This document shows positions 49,451 through 59,798 of a DNA stretch of 64,000 nt, piece after piece (the first letter of the stretch is position 1; each line of letters opens with the position of its first letter). The stretch is from an uncultured Chloroflexia bacterium (lineage in GTDB: Bacteria > Chloroflexota > Limnocylindria > Limnocylindrales > CSP1-4), in contig CAWDXT010000006.1 of the NCBI GenBank assembly GCA_963806265.1, positions 64,385 through 128,384 on the forward strand, given 5' to 3'. The translations under genes and the position numbers were made by a program. The notes beneath the pieces were generated by a model, which did no database searches, had not been told where the DNA came from, and saw only the letters and a list, made by a program, of their open reading frames with translations.

Positions 49451-50603
49451 GTGAGCGCGGACGCGACGGGCGCGGCGATCGCGGCGGACCGTCCTCACGA
49501 TTCCGTGCCCGCTCCGGGCAGCGCAGCCGAGCGCGGCGCCCGGGCGCTCACCGGGGACCCGGTGCGCGTCGCGATCGTGGGCGCCTCCGGGTACGTCGGC
49601 GCCGAGCTGATCCGGCTGCTCGCGCTGCACCCGCAGGTGCGCATCGTCGGCCTCGTCGGCCGGGAGCGGCAGGGAGACCCGCTGGCGGGCATCCACCCCC
49701 ACCTCGCCACTCGGAACCTGCATGTGTACGACACCGTGCCCGACGACGCGGAGGCCGTGTTCCTGGCGCTGCCCCATGGCGCGGCGGCCGGGCGGATCGA
49801 CGACCTCCGGGCGAACGGCGCGACGATCGTCGACCTGGGGCCCGACTTCCGCCTCCGCGATGCCGCCGACTACCCGCGCTGGTACCACTTCGAGCATCCC
49901 CGGCCCGAGCTGCTCGCCCAGGCCGTCTACGGGCTGCCCGAGCTCCACCGCGACGCGCTGGCGGCCGCGGGACGGGTGCCCGGGCGCGATCGTCGGCGCC
50001 CCCGGCTGCTACCCGACCACCACGATCCTCGCCCTGGCCCCGCTCGCGCGCGCCGGCCTGATCGGCGACCTGGTGGTCGATGCCAAGAGCGGTGTCTCGG
50101 GCGCCGGTCGCGATCCGAAGGCCGACCTCCACTTCGGCGAGGTCAACGAGAGCGTCAAGGCCTACGGCGCCTTCACCCACCGGCACACCGCCGAGATCGA
50201 GCAGGAGCTGGGTGCGCTGGGGCCCGCGGGCGACAACCCCGGGGTCGTCGGCGGTCGACTTCCTGCCTCACCTCGTGCCGATGACGCGCGGCATCCTGTC
50301 TGCCTGCCACGTCCGGCCGACGCGCCCGGTGAGCCAGGCCGAGATCGACGCGCTGTACGCCGAGGCATACGCGAGCGAGCCGTTCGTGACGGTCACCGGC
50401 ACCCACCGGCCACCAAGCACGTGCTGGGCAGCAACGAGTTCCGGGTGTGGTGCGGGCTCGATCCGCGGAACGGGCGAATCCTTGCCATCGGCGTGCTCGA
50501 CAACCTGGTCAAGGGCGCTGCCGGCCAGGCCGTCCAGGCGTTCAACGTCGTGCACGCGCTCCCCGAGCCCGCCGGGCTCCTCCAGCTGCCGCTGGCGCCG
50601 TAG
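49451..50603 (+). CDS. argC: N-acetyl-gamma-glutamyl-phosphate reductase; frame-disrupted
   Basis: VRVAIVGASGYVGAELIRLL, active-site context GAPGCYPTTTILALAPL, VVDAKSGVSGAGR, THRHTAEIEQEL, LDNLVKGAAGQAVQAFN. At least 3 frame switches. Start may be GTG near 49561. Confidence 0.88.
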
Positions 50604-50613
50604 GGAGACGGCG

Positions 50614-51990
50614 ATGACGATCGCGACCGATCCGCTCCTCGTCCCGTTGCCCGTGGAGCGGCCCAGGGTCTCGCACCAGGCCCGCGTGCCGGCCGGCTTC
50701 ATGGCTGCCGGGACGTCGGCCGGCATCAAGTTCTCGGGCCGGCCCGACTTCGCGCTCATCGTGGCCGAGGGCGGTCCCGTACCCGCCGCCGCCGTGTTCA
50801 CGCCCAACCGCTTCGCAGCGGCCCCGGTCCGGCTGTCGGGTGCCAATCTCCGGAGCACGGGCGGGACCGCGGATCACGCGGGGTATGCGCGCGCCGTGAT
50901 CACGACCTCGGGCAGCGCCAATGCGGCGACCGGGCCGGTCGGCGACGAGGACCAGGCCGAGATCGGCCGAGCGCTCGCGGCAGCGCTTGGAGCCTCGCCG
51001 GCCGAGATCCTGCACATGTCCACGGGGATCATCGGCATCCGGATCCCGGTCGAGCGCGTGATCGACACCCTGGCTCGCGTGATCCCCTCCGAGCTGGGCC
51101 GTGACGACGAGGCGCTGCATGCGGCCGCGGCCGCGCTTCGGACGACCGACACGACGACCAAGGTTGCCTCGGTCACCGTCAGCGCGCCGGGGCCCGGCGG
51201 CGGCCCGGTGCCGATCACCGTGACCGGCATCGCCAAGGGCGTCGGCATGATCCACCCGCGGATGGCGACCATGCTCTCGATCGTGCTCACGGACGCGACG
51301 GCCGACCCGGCCACGCTCCGAACCCTGCTTCGAGGCGCCACCGCGCGAACGTGGAACCAGCTCTCGGTGGATGGCGACACGAGCACCAACGACACGGTGT
51401 TCCTGCTGGCATCGGGCCGGGCTGGTGCCGCGGACGCGACGAGCGACGAGGGGGCCCGAACGGCGCTCGCCGCCGCGCTCGAGGTGGTCGCCCGGGACCT
51501 CGCCCGGCAGCAGGCGGCCGACGGCGAGGGCGCCGCCACGCTGGTCACGTGCCAGGTCTCGGGTGCCGCGAACGATGCCAGCGCCCGGGCGATCGCTCGT
51601 GCGGTCATCAGCTCGTCGCTGGTCAAGGCGGCCGTCCACGGGCACGACCCGAACTGGGGCCGGGTCGCCGGCGCTGCCGGCAACGCCGTGCTCGCCGAGG
51701 CCGCGGTGCTCGAGGGCAGCGGGCTGCCGGCGGCGGAGGCCCTCGCGATGGCTGGCTCGCCGGCGGCCGTCGATCCCATGCTGCTGCGGATCTCGATCGC
51801 GGGCCACCTCGTCTACGACGGGCCGTCAGGTGGTCCGGTCCCCGTGGACAAGCCGACCGCGGCAGCCGCGATGTCCGGCGAGGAGGTCCTGATCCGGCTC
51901 GACGTGGGGCTGGGCGACGGGTCCGGCGAGGCGTTCGGGTGCGATCTCACCGAGGAGTACGTCCGCGAGAACTCGGAGTACACGACATGA
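50614..51990 (+). CDS. argJ: bifunctional glutamate N-acetyltransferase / amino-acid acetyltransferase
   Basis: Intact. GFMAAGTSAGIK, TTSGSANAATG, autoprocessing site HPRMATMLSIVLTDA, GDTSTNDTV, HGHDPNWGR. GGGAG lies upstream of ATG 50614. Confidence 0.92.
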   Translation: MTIATDPLLVPLPVERPRVSHQARVPAGFMAAGTSAGIKFSGRPDFALIVAEGGPVPAAAVFTPNRFAAAPVRLSGANLRSTGGTADHAGYARAVITTSGSANAATGPVGDEDQAEIGRALAAALGASPAEILHMSTGIIGIRIPVERVIDTLARVIPSELGRDDEALHAAAAALRTTDTTTKVASVTVSAPGPGGGPVPITVTGIAKGVGMIHPRMATMLSIVLTDATADPATLRTLLRGATARTWNQLSVDGDTSTNDTVFLLASGRAGAADATSDEGARTALAAALEVVARDLARQQAADGEGAATLVTCQVSGAANDASARAIARAVISSSLVKAAVHGHDPNWGRVAGAAGNAVLAEAAVLEGSGLPAAEALAMAGSPAAVDPMLLRISIAGHLVYDGPSGGPVPVDKPTAAAAMSGEEVLIRLDVGLGDGSGEAFGCDLTEEYVRENSEYTT

Positions 51991-52029
51991 CGCCGGTGCG
52001 GGCCCGGCCGAGCCACCGGGGGCACAGCG

Positions 52030-52812
52030 ATGTCTGAGATCGTGGTCGTCAAGCTCGGCGGGACCACGCTGGCGGACCAGCGCCAGGTGCTGGCCGAGAT
52101 CGCCACGGTCGCCCGCCGGCGGCCGGTCGTGCTCGTCCATGGCGGCGGCAAGCGCATGACCGACTGGCTCGAGCGGCTGGGCGTCCAGACGCGGTTCGAG
52201 AACGGGCTGCGGGTCACCGATCCCGAGGCGCTCGAGGTGGCCGCCGCGGTCCTGCGCGGTGTCGTCAACAGCGAGCTGGTGGCCGCGCTGCGCGGGCTGG
52301 GCTGCGATGCGGTCGGGCTGTCCGGCGTCGACGGCGGCCTGTTGATCGGCGAGCGCCTGCCGAACGTCGGGCTGGTGGCGACGGTGGTCGGCGTGCGGCG
52401 CGAGCTCCTCGATTCGCTGCTGGTCGCCGGCCAGGTCCCGGTCGTCGCCCCACTGGCCCGGGATGCCGACGGGATCGTGTGCAACGTCAACGCCGACGAT
52501 GCCGCGGCCGGGCTGGCGGCCGGGCTCGGGGCACGCCAGCTGGTGCTGATGACCGACGTCGACGGCGTGCGCGATGCGAGCGGGCAGCGGCTCGACGCCC
52601 TGACGCCGGAGCAGGCCGAGGACCTGATCGCCGACGGCACGATCGGGGGTGGCATGGTGCCCAAGGTGCGGGCGGCGCTGGCCGCGCTCTCGTGGGACGG
52701 CGCCGAGGCGATCATCGCCGACTCGTCGGCCCCCAGCGCCCTCGTCCGCGCCCTCGAGGATCCGACGTTCGGGACCCGGGTGTCGGTCCTTGCCCACGCC
52801 GGGGCGGCCTGA
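52030..52812 (+). CDS. argB: acetylglutamate kinase
   Basis: Intact. VVKLGGTTL, VLVHGGG, NVNADDAAAGLAAGLGA, GGMVPKVRAAL. Confidence 0.92.
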   Translation: MSEIVVVKLGGTTLADQRQVLAEIATVARRRPVVLVHGGGKRMTDWLERLGVQTRFENGLRVTDPEALEVAAAVLRGVVNSELVAALRGLGCDAVGLSGVDGGLLIGERLPNVGLVATVVGVRRELLDSLLVAGQVPVVAPLARDADGIVCNVNADDAAAGLAAGLGARQLVLMTDVDGVRDASGQRLDALTPEQAEDLIADGTIGGGMVPKVRAALAALSWDGAEAIIADSSAPSALVRALEDPTFGTRVSVLAHAGAA

Positions 52813-52815
52813 GCG

Positions 52816-53340
52816 ATGACCGCGACGCGAACCGCCCTGATGGCCAAGCACGATCGGCAGGGGGCGATCCGACGCCTCGTGAGCACGCGCTCGATCAGCA
52901 GCCAGGGCGAGCTCGTGGCCGGGCTCTCGGAGCTCGGCTTCGAGGTGACCCAGGCCACCGTCAGCCGCGACATCGCCGAGCTCGGCCTGGCCAAGGTCAT
53001 GCGCGGCGATCACGCCACGTACGTCAACCCGGAGGACCTCGGTCCCGCCACCCGCCCGCGCTCGGACGACGCGCTGCGACGGATCCTGCTCGACATCCCC
53101 GTCGCGGTCGGTCGGAGCGGCCTGATCCTCGTCCTCAGCGGGCAGCCGGGCACCGCCAACGTCATCGCCCAGGCGATCGACGAGTCGACGCTCGACGAGC
53201 AGGTCGGTACGGTCGCGGGCGACAACACGCTCATCGTCCTGTTCCCCGACGAGCCCGCCCTGGATCGCTGGCTCGCCCGGTTCGCCGCGATCCAGGCGTC
53301 GGCCCAGCCGGCGTCACGCTCGGAGGCCCAAGCCCGATGA
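52816..53340 (+). CDS. argR: arginine repressor
   Basis: Intact. SQGELVAGLSELGFEVTQATVSRDIAELGL (winged helix); C-terminal GTVAGDNTLIVL. Confidence 0.9.
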   Translation: MTATRTALMAKHDRQGAIRRLVSTRSISSQGELVAGLSELGFEVTQATVSRDIAELGLAKVMRGDHATYVNPEDLGPATRPRSDDALRRILLDIPVAVGRSGLILVLSGQPGTANVIAQAIDESTLDEQVGTVAGDNTLIVLFPDEPALDRWLARFAAIQASAQPASRSEAQAR

Positions 53341-54560
53341 ACAAGGTCGTCCTCGCCTACTCCGGTGGACTCGATACCTCGGTCGCCGTCGCATGGCTCA
53401 GGGAGCAGCACGGCGTCGATGTGGTCACGCTCACCGTCGACCTGGGCGCCGGCTCCATGCGCGAGGGCGTCGAGCGTCGAGCCATCGCGGCGGGCGCCAG
53501 CAAGGCGTGGGTGATCGACGCGCGCGAGACGTTCCTGTCGCAGTACGTCTGGCGCGCGCTGCAGGCGGGCGCGGTCTATCAGCAGGCATATCCGCTCGCG
53601 ACGGCGCTGGCTCGCCCGCTGCTCGCCCAGCTGCTGGTCGAGGTCGCCCGGAAGGAGGGCGCCGACGCGGTCGCCCACGGGTGCACCGGCAAGGGCAACG
53701 ACCAGGTCCGGTTCGACGTCGCCGTGCACGCCCTCGACCCGGGCCTCGAGGTGGTGGCGCCGATGCGCGTCGGGATGGGCCTGTCGCGCGACCAGGAGAT
53801 CGACTACGCGCAGGAGCGCGGGATCGAGATCCCGATCACGAAGGCGTCCCCGTACTCGATCGACGTCAACATCTGGGGCCGGTCGTGCGAGACCGGCGTC
53901 CTCGAGGACCCGTGGGTCACGCCACCACCGGACGCGTACGAATGGACCGTGGCGCCGGGCAGCGCCCCCGAAGCGGTGGAGCTGGTGATCGGCTTCGAGG
54001 GCGGCATCCCGGTCTCGATCGACGGCGAGCGGCTCGACTCGGTCGCGCTGGTCCAGCGGCTCCACGAGCTCGGTGGCCGCCATGGCGTGGGGCGCATCGA
54101 CCATGTCGAGGACCGGCTGGTGGGGATCAAGAGCCGCGAGATCTACGAGGCGCCGGCCGCGGTCATCCTCCACACCGCGCATCACGCCCTCGAGGGCCTC
54201 GTGCTCTCGAAGGAGCAGCTGCGATTCAACCGGCTGGTGGCCGACGAGCTGTCGCAGATCATCTACGACGGCCTGTGGTTCAGCGCCCTGTCACGCGATC
54301 TGCGGACCTACGCCATGTCCTCCCAGCGCGTGGTCTCGGGGGACGTGCGCCTGCGCCTCGATCATGGGCAGGCGGTCGTGGTCGGCCGGCGCTCCCCGCT
54401 CTCGCTGTACGACCGGAACCTGGCGACCTACGACGAGGGCGACGCGTTCGATCACGCCAGCGCGGTCGGGTTCATCGAGATCTTCGGGCTGCCGCTCCGG
54501 GTCGAGGCGGCGCGCCACGGCGCGGTGGGCGAGCATCATGGCGCCGCGTGGGCGTGGACG
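53337..54560 (+). CDS. argG: argininosuccinate synthase (3' end not defined; in-frame stop missing)
   Basis: MNKVVLAYSGGLDTSV, AHGCTGKGNDQVRF, SIDVNIWGRS, DRLVGIKSREIYE, GFIEIFGLPLRV. The ATG overlaps the argR stop (ATGA). The frame stays open to 55784. A length of ~400 aa predicts an end near 54540-54640. Confidence 0.88.
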
Positions 54561-54684
54561 CAGCCGCTGCTTGCCGATCTCCCGACGACGGTCACCGAGG
54601 GGAGGGCCCACGCCGGCCGGCGCGGTGGGCTAGCCCGCTCGCTCCGGCACCGGGCGTCGAGTCGCGCCCGGGTACTCTTGGCCG

Positions 54685-55987
54685 GTGAGCACCCCGACCG
54701 ACCAGGCAGGCACACGGCGATCGAGACGCGACGGCCGCCACCGCCAGCGCGCCTCGTCCCTGGCCCTGGCCTCGGCACGCCTCGACCAGCTCGCGTTCCT
54801 CCACGAGTTCGCCCAGCTGCTGACCCAGGCGCGAGACTGGGACGAGCTGATGCGCACGATCGTCGACCGGACGACCGTGGCCATGGGCGTCGAGGTCTGC
54901 TCGTTCTACGTGCTCGATCGCGACGAGGCCAACCTCACCCTGTCCGCCACCAACGGCCTCGACCGGGAGCAGGTCGGGCACGTGCGGCTGGCCGTTGGCG
55001 AGGGGATCACCGGCCGCGTCGCCGAGTCGCGCGAGCCGATCAGCACCCCGGACGTGACGGTCGATCCGCGCTTCTCGTGGGTTCGCGGCTTCGACATCCA
55101 GGAGCTGCACGGGATGCTGTCGGTGCCGCTCGTCTGGAACGAGCGCGTGGTCGGCGTGCTGAACGTCCAGACGGCGGCGATCCGCGAGTTCGCGCCCGAG
55201 GAGGTCACGTTCCTGGGAACCATCGCGGCGTTGCTCGGCGGGGTCGTCGAGAAGGGGCGGATGCAGGCGGAGGCCGAGGCGCAGCTCGACCGCCTGTCTC
55301 AGCTGGACGCGGCACGGGCGGAGCTGCTGGCCGTCGTCACGCACGAGCTGCGGACGCCATTGGCGGTGGTCCGTGCCTACGTCGATCTGCTCTCGGACAC
55401 GGCCGTCGCGCGGGCCGACGCGGCCGACCGCGACCTCGTGGAGACGTGGCGCGCCGGCGCCACGGACCAGGTCACCCGCCTGGACCGGCTGGTGGACTCG
55501 ATCCTGGCCACGGTGCGTGGCGAGGGCCTGACCGGGCTGGGACGCGAACCGTTCGACGTTGTCGCGGCGATCAACAACACGGTGGGCACGCTGGCCCTGC
55601 TGCTTCGAACACGACCGGTCCGCTGGGACGCTCCCGAGCACGCGATGGTCGCGCGCGGCGACGTGGCGCCGATTCCGCCAGGTCCTCGAGCACCTGCTCG
55701 ACAACGAGGCCAAGTACGCCCCGCCGGAGGAGGCGGTCTCGATCGGGGCCTGGCGGGTGGGCGACGAGATCCAGGTCTACGTGACCGATGACGGACCCGG
55801 CGTCCCGATCGAGGACTGGGAGGCCGTGTTCGAGCCCTACGTGCGGGTCGATCGGGCGCGATCGCGCGGCTCGGGCATCGGCCTGTTCGCGGCGCGTCGC
55901 CTGATGGAGGCGATGGGCGGGCGGGCGTGGATCGAGCGGAACGGCTACGGCGGGTCGCGGTTCATGGTCGCGCTGCCGGCGGTCTGA
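54685..55987 (+). CDS. GAF domain-containing sensor histidine kinase; one frame switch
   Basis: GAF: GEGITGRVAESREPISTPDV, VPLVWNERVVGVLNV. H-box VVTHELRTPL. N/G boxes LLDNEAKYAP, DDGPGVP, GSGIGL. ORFs 54685.. and 55559..55987 join near 55670. GTG start. No response regulator in the window. Confidence 0.85.
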
Positions 55988-56067
55988 CCCTCGAACGACG
56001 CGCCCGGCCGATGTGCGACCGACGCCCCGCGCCCTGAGCCACATCCGGTGCCCCGAGCCCTGAGCCT

Positions 56068-56141
56068 CCCCCGACGTCCGGCGGGCTGAAGCTCCCCTCC
56101 CCCGACGCCCGGCGGGCTGAAGCTCCCCTCCCCCGACGCCC
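56068..56141. repeat. 31-bp tandem repeat, 2.4 copies, intergenic
   Basis: CCCCCGACG(T/C)CCGGCGGGCTGAAGCTCCCCT at 56068-56098 and 56099-56129, with a partial unit to 56141. Confidence 0.9.
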
Positions 56142-56218
56142 ATCGCCTCTATCCTCCGCCGCCCGGACGCGCAGGCTTGGGCTGTTTGATGCAGGAAGAA
56201 CCGACCAGGGAGGTCACG

Positions 56219-56746
56219 ATGGTCGTGCTGCTGCGGCCCGCCGCGGTCAAGCCCGCGCCGATCTTCGATCGCGCCACGGGTGATGTCGAGATCCACGAGC
56301 TCCATCCGCAGGAGACGGCGATCGTCCGCGTGGATGTCCCCGTCGCGGAGCTGCCGATCGTCATCGGGGACGCACTCCGCGAGGTGAGCGAGCGGATGAC
56401 AACGGCCGGGGTCGAGCTCGCGGGCCCACCGTTCACCCGCTATCCGTCGTTCGATCGCGACACGGTCTCGGCCGAGTGCGGCTTCCCCGTCCTGCGACCG
56501 GCGCCCGCGGTCGGGCGGGTCGGGAGCTCACGGTTGCCGGGCGGGCTGGCGGCCTCGATCGTCCACCTCGGGCCATACGAGACGATCGACCAGACCTACG
56601 ACCAGCTCCAGCGCTCGCTGGACGACTCGGGATTGCATGCCTGCGGGCCGATGTGGGAGGTGTACTGGACCGATCCCGCCATGGAGCCCGATCCGGCGCG
56701 CTGGCGAACCGAGATCATCGTCCCGATCCAGTCGCCACCCGACTGA
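56219..56746 (+). CDS. GyrI-like small-molecule-binding domain protein
   Basis: VEIHELHPQETAIVRVDVP, LAGPPFTRYPSFD, LPGGLAASIVHLGPYETIDQTYDQL, GPMWEVYWTDP. ATG 56219 has GGGAGG upstream. ORF-track start is 56177. Confidence 0.78.
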   Translation: MVVLLRPAAVKPAPIFDRATGDVEIHELHPQETAIVRVDVPVAELPIVIGDALREVSERMTTAGVELAGPPFTRYPSFDRDTVSAECGFPVLRPAPAVGRVGSSRLPGGLAASIVHLGPYETIDQTYDQLQRSLDDSGLHACGPMWEVYWTDPAMEPDPARWRTEIIVPIQSPPD

Positions 56747-56840
56747 GACAAGGCGTCCGCGGTTCGCGCCGGCCTGTCGCGGAGGGCATATCGGTCGTTT
56801 GCCCGATGAGGCATCTCGACAATCCGCCTACACTCCGGCA

Positions 56841-59798
56841 ATGGGACGCGTGGGCCCCCTCCTCAGCCCCCTGCTGGTCGGTCGGGACGATCTGCTGACG
56901 CTCGCCAGCCAGCGGATCGACGAGGCCGCTGCCGGCCGCGGCCGGTCCCTGCTCCTCGCTGGTGAGGCCGGCATCGGCAAGACGCGGCTGCTCGCGGCGA
57001 TGCTCCGCAGGGCCCGGCAGGCCGGCTTCCGGATCGCAAAGGGAGATCTGGCGCCCCAGGACGCGCAGGTTCCGCTGGCGTCCGTCCTCGACCTCGCCCG
57101 GACGATGCGCCACGACCCGGCGTTCGGGGCGCTGGGCGATGACCTGCTGGCGATGCCCGCCGACCAGGGTGAGGACAATCTCGCCCATCGTCGCCTGCTG
57201 GTCCGCGACCTGGCCGAGCGCATCGTCGACGACGTCGGCACCCCCACCCTGCTGGCGTTCGAGGATCTCCAGTGGGCGGATGAGCTGAGCCTCGAGGTGG
57301 TGGGTGAGCTGGCGCGCCTCGGGCCTGCACGGCCGTTGCTCGTGCTTGCCACGTACCGTGAGGACGAGCTGCCCAGCGGGTCCGCGCACCGCGAGTGGCG
57401 AGCCCGGCTGCTGGGCCAGCGACTCGCGGAGGAGATGCGGCTGACACCGCTCACCTACGACGAGACCGCCCTCGTCACGTCGCTCATCCTGGCAACCGGG
57501 TTGCCGGCGCCGCGCGAGGTCGTCAGCGCGGTGTACGCGCGGACGGACGGGATCCCGCTGCACATCGAGGAGCTTCTGGGCTCGCTCGAGGACGCCGCGC
57601 ATACGGACGGCCGGGCAATCCTCGACGCCGACGTCCCGGACACGATCGAGGACGCGATCCTGGCCCGGGTGAGCCGGCTGTCGGACGACGCCCAGGCAGT
57701 CGCGAAGGCTGGGGCGGTCATCGGCCGCTGCTTCGTGCCCGAGGTCCTGGCGGGGGTGATGGACCGGCGCGTCGAGGAGATCGAGGCGGCGCTCGACGAG
57801 CTCGTCGATGGCTCGGTGCTGTACCCGTTCGAGTTCGTGGACCGGGGCTTCTACGACTTCCGGCACCAGCTGGTCCGGGACACCGTGTACGGCACCGTCC
57901 CACCGGCGGAGCTGCGACGCCTGCATGCGCGCGCGGGTGAGTTCGGCGCCCAGCTGTTGGGCGCCAACGAGATCCACGCCTCGCTGCACTTCGAACGGGC
58001 CGGCCTCCGGCCACAGGCGTTCCGGGCTGCGCTCGCGGGCGCCAGGGCGGCGAGCGCGGTGTCCAGCCGACGTGAGGCGTTCGAGCTCTACGGTCGCGCG
58101 GCCGCCAACATGCCGGACGACCTGCCTCCGGCCGAGCGGGCGACCCTGTTCGAGGGCTACTGCGAGGCCGCGCTGGCGGTCGACAACGTGGCCGTCGCGC
58201 TCGAGACGGCAGACCAGGCACGCCACTGGTACGAGCAGGCAGGCCAGCCGGTCGAGGCAGCCTACCTGCAGATGACCACGGCGAGCATCGCACGCCGGGA
58301 TGTGGTGGCGCGGGAGGAGCGGCTGCGCCTCCTGGCGGCGAGCAGCAGGCAGCTCGCGAAGCTCGATCCGACGCCCGAACGGCAGCGAGCCGAGGTCGAC
58401 CTGCGGATGGACGAGGCGGTGCTGGCCCTGGACGGCGTCGACCTCGAGACCGCGACTGCGGTCCTGCACCAGGCCCGCGAGCTCCTGGCAGACGTGAACG
58501 ATGGGGACGGCGCGGACATCGACTTCATGAGCGCCCAGGTCGATGTGCTGGCCGGCCGGGTGGACGAGGGTCTGGCCGAGATGCTGCGCATCGGGCGCGA
58601 CGCGCGGGATGCCGGGCGCGAGAGCACCGGGGTCACGGCATTGCGCCAGACTGCCGCGCTCGCCGCGCGGGTCATGAGCTACCAGACCGCCGCCATCGGC
58701 CTCAGGGAGGGGCTGCGCTACGCCGACGAGATCGAGCAGTCCTACTGTCGTCACGTCCTCGCCTCCACCTCGGCACACATGGCCTGGGCGACGGGTGACT
58801 GGGACGAGGCCATCGCGATCGGAGAGATCGAGCTGGTCGAGCCCGGCAGCCAACGAGGAACGCTCGGCTCACGCGACACCCTCGGCTTCGTCGCCTTCGG
58901 GCGCGGCGACCTGGATCGAGCTCGTGCGCTGCTCCGGGAGTCGCTCGCCATCGGGATGGCGGCGGTGGAGGTCGAGCTGGTCATGCCGGCCCGGTGGGGC
59001 CTGGCGGAAACCGCCATCATCGCCGGCGACGCCGCCGAGGCCATCAGTCACTGCGAGGCGGCGTTCGACCTCGCGCACCGGACCGGTGAGCGGGCGCTGC
59101 TGGTGCCGTTCGTGGTCACGGGCGTGCGCGCCTGCCTGGAAGCACGTCGACCGGGCGAGGCGGAGGCCTGGCTCGCGCGCGTCCGCGGTCACCTGGCGGG
59201 CTGGGACATGGCGCGTACCGCGCTCGACCATGGCGATGGCCTCGTTCGGCTCGCCGCGGGGTCCACGGTCTCCGCGCGGACGAGCCTCCAGGCCGCGATC
59301 GACGGCTGGATGGCGTTGGGTCGGATCTGGGAGTCCACGTGGGCTCGCCTCGACCTCGCTGCGTGCCTGGCCCGGGGCAACCGGCATGCCGATGCCCTGC
59401 CGGTCCTCGAGCAGGTTCGCAGCGTCGCCGCGCAGCTGCGCAGCGAGCCGATCCGCGCGCGGGTCGACCAGCTTGCTGCGGTTGCCCGCAGCCGGGGCGT
59501 GACCGAGGAGCCGTGGCGCCCGCTGACCGCGCGCGAGTTCGAGGTTGCCCGGCTGATCGCCGAGGGCATGACCAACGCCGCGATCGCCGACGAGCTGTCG
59601 CTGTCGCCCAAGACCGTGAGCGCCCACGTCGAGCACATCCTGGCCAAGCTCGGGGCCATGCGGCGGGCGGAGATCGCCGCCTGGGTCACCACCGTTGTGG
59701 CGACGGCGCCCGCCGATCCGGGGGTTGCGGCGGCTGGCACAGCTGACAGGCCGGCACGCGATCCGATGGCGGTCGTCGCGGTTCAGGCCCGGACATGA
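56841..59798 (+). CDS. large ATP-binding LuxR-family regulator (LAL / MalT-like STAND: AAA-TPR-HTH), paralogue 1
   Basis: Intact 985 aa. Walker A LAGEAGIGKTRL, Walker B LLAFEDLQWADELS, central helical/TPR region, C-terminal LuxR HTH LTAREFEVARLIAEGMTNAAIADELSLSPKTVSAHVEHILAKLG. Confidence 0.9.
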   Translation: MGRVGPLLSPLLVGRDDLLTLASQRIDEAAAGRGRSLLLAGEAGIGKTRLLAAMLRRARQAGFRIAKGDLAPQDAQVPLASVLDLARTMRHDPAFGALGDDLLAMPADQGEDNLAHRRLLVRDLAERIVDDVGTPTLLAFEDLQWADELSLEVVGELARLGPARPLLVLATYREDELPSGSAHREWRARLLGQRLAEEMRLTPLTYDETALVTSLILATGLPAPREVVSAVYARTDGIPLHIEELLGSLEDAAHTDGRAILDADVPDTIEDAILARVSRLSDDAQAVAKAGAVIGRCFVPEVLAGVMDRRVEEIEAALDELVDGSVLYPFEFVDRGFYDFRHQLVRDTVYGTVPPAELRRLHARAGEFGAQLLGANEIHASLHFERAGLRPQAFRAALAGARAASAVSSRREAFELYGRAAANMPDDLPPAERATLFEGYCEAALAVDNVAVALETADQARHWYEQAGQPVEAAYLQMTTASIARRDVVAREERLRLLAASSRQLAKLDPTPERQRAEVDLRMDEAVLALDGVDLETATAVLHQARELLADVNDGDGADIDFMSAQVDVLAGRVDEGLAEMLRIGRDARDAGRESTGVTALRQTAALAARVMSYQTAAIGLREGLRYADEIEQSYCRHVLASTSAHMAWATGDWDEAIAIGEIELVEPGSQRGTLGSRDTLGFVAFGRGDLDRARALLRESLAIGMAAVEVELVMPARWGLAETAIIAGDAAEAISHCEAAFDLAHRTGERALLVPFVVTGVRACLEARRPGEAEAWLARVRGHLAGWDMARTALDHGDGLVRLAAGSTVSARTSLQAAIDGWMALGRIWESTWARLDLAACLARGNRHADALPVLEQVRSVAAQLRSEPIRARVDQLAAVARSRGVTEEPWRPLTAREFEVARLIAEGMTNAAIADELSLSPKTVSAHVEHILAKLGAMRRAEIAAWVTTVVATAPADPGVAAAGTADRPARDPMAVVAVQART
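59505..59711 (+). repeat. 207-bp segment 99% identical to 62479-62685 (LuxR HTH-coding end of paralogue 1)
   Basis: Direct comparison shows 2 mismatches in 207 nt, while the flanking coding sequence is clearly diverged. Confidence 0.9.

Noticed and set aside
52479-55784. 1101-aa ORF suggesting an ArgG-kinase fusion or a giant protein
   Set aside because: Only the 53337 to ~54540 part is ArgG-like. Upstream and downstream parts are shadow frames of argB/argR and of the GAF kinase, which is read in another frame from 54685. A lost stop codon is the simpler explanation.
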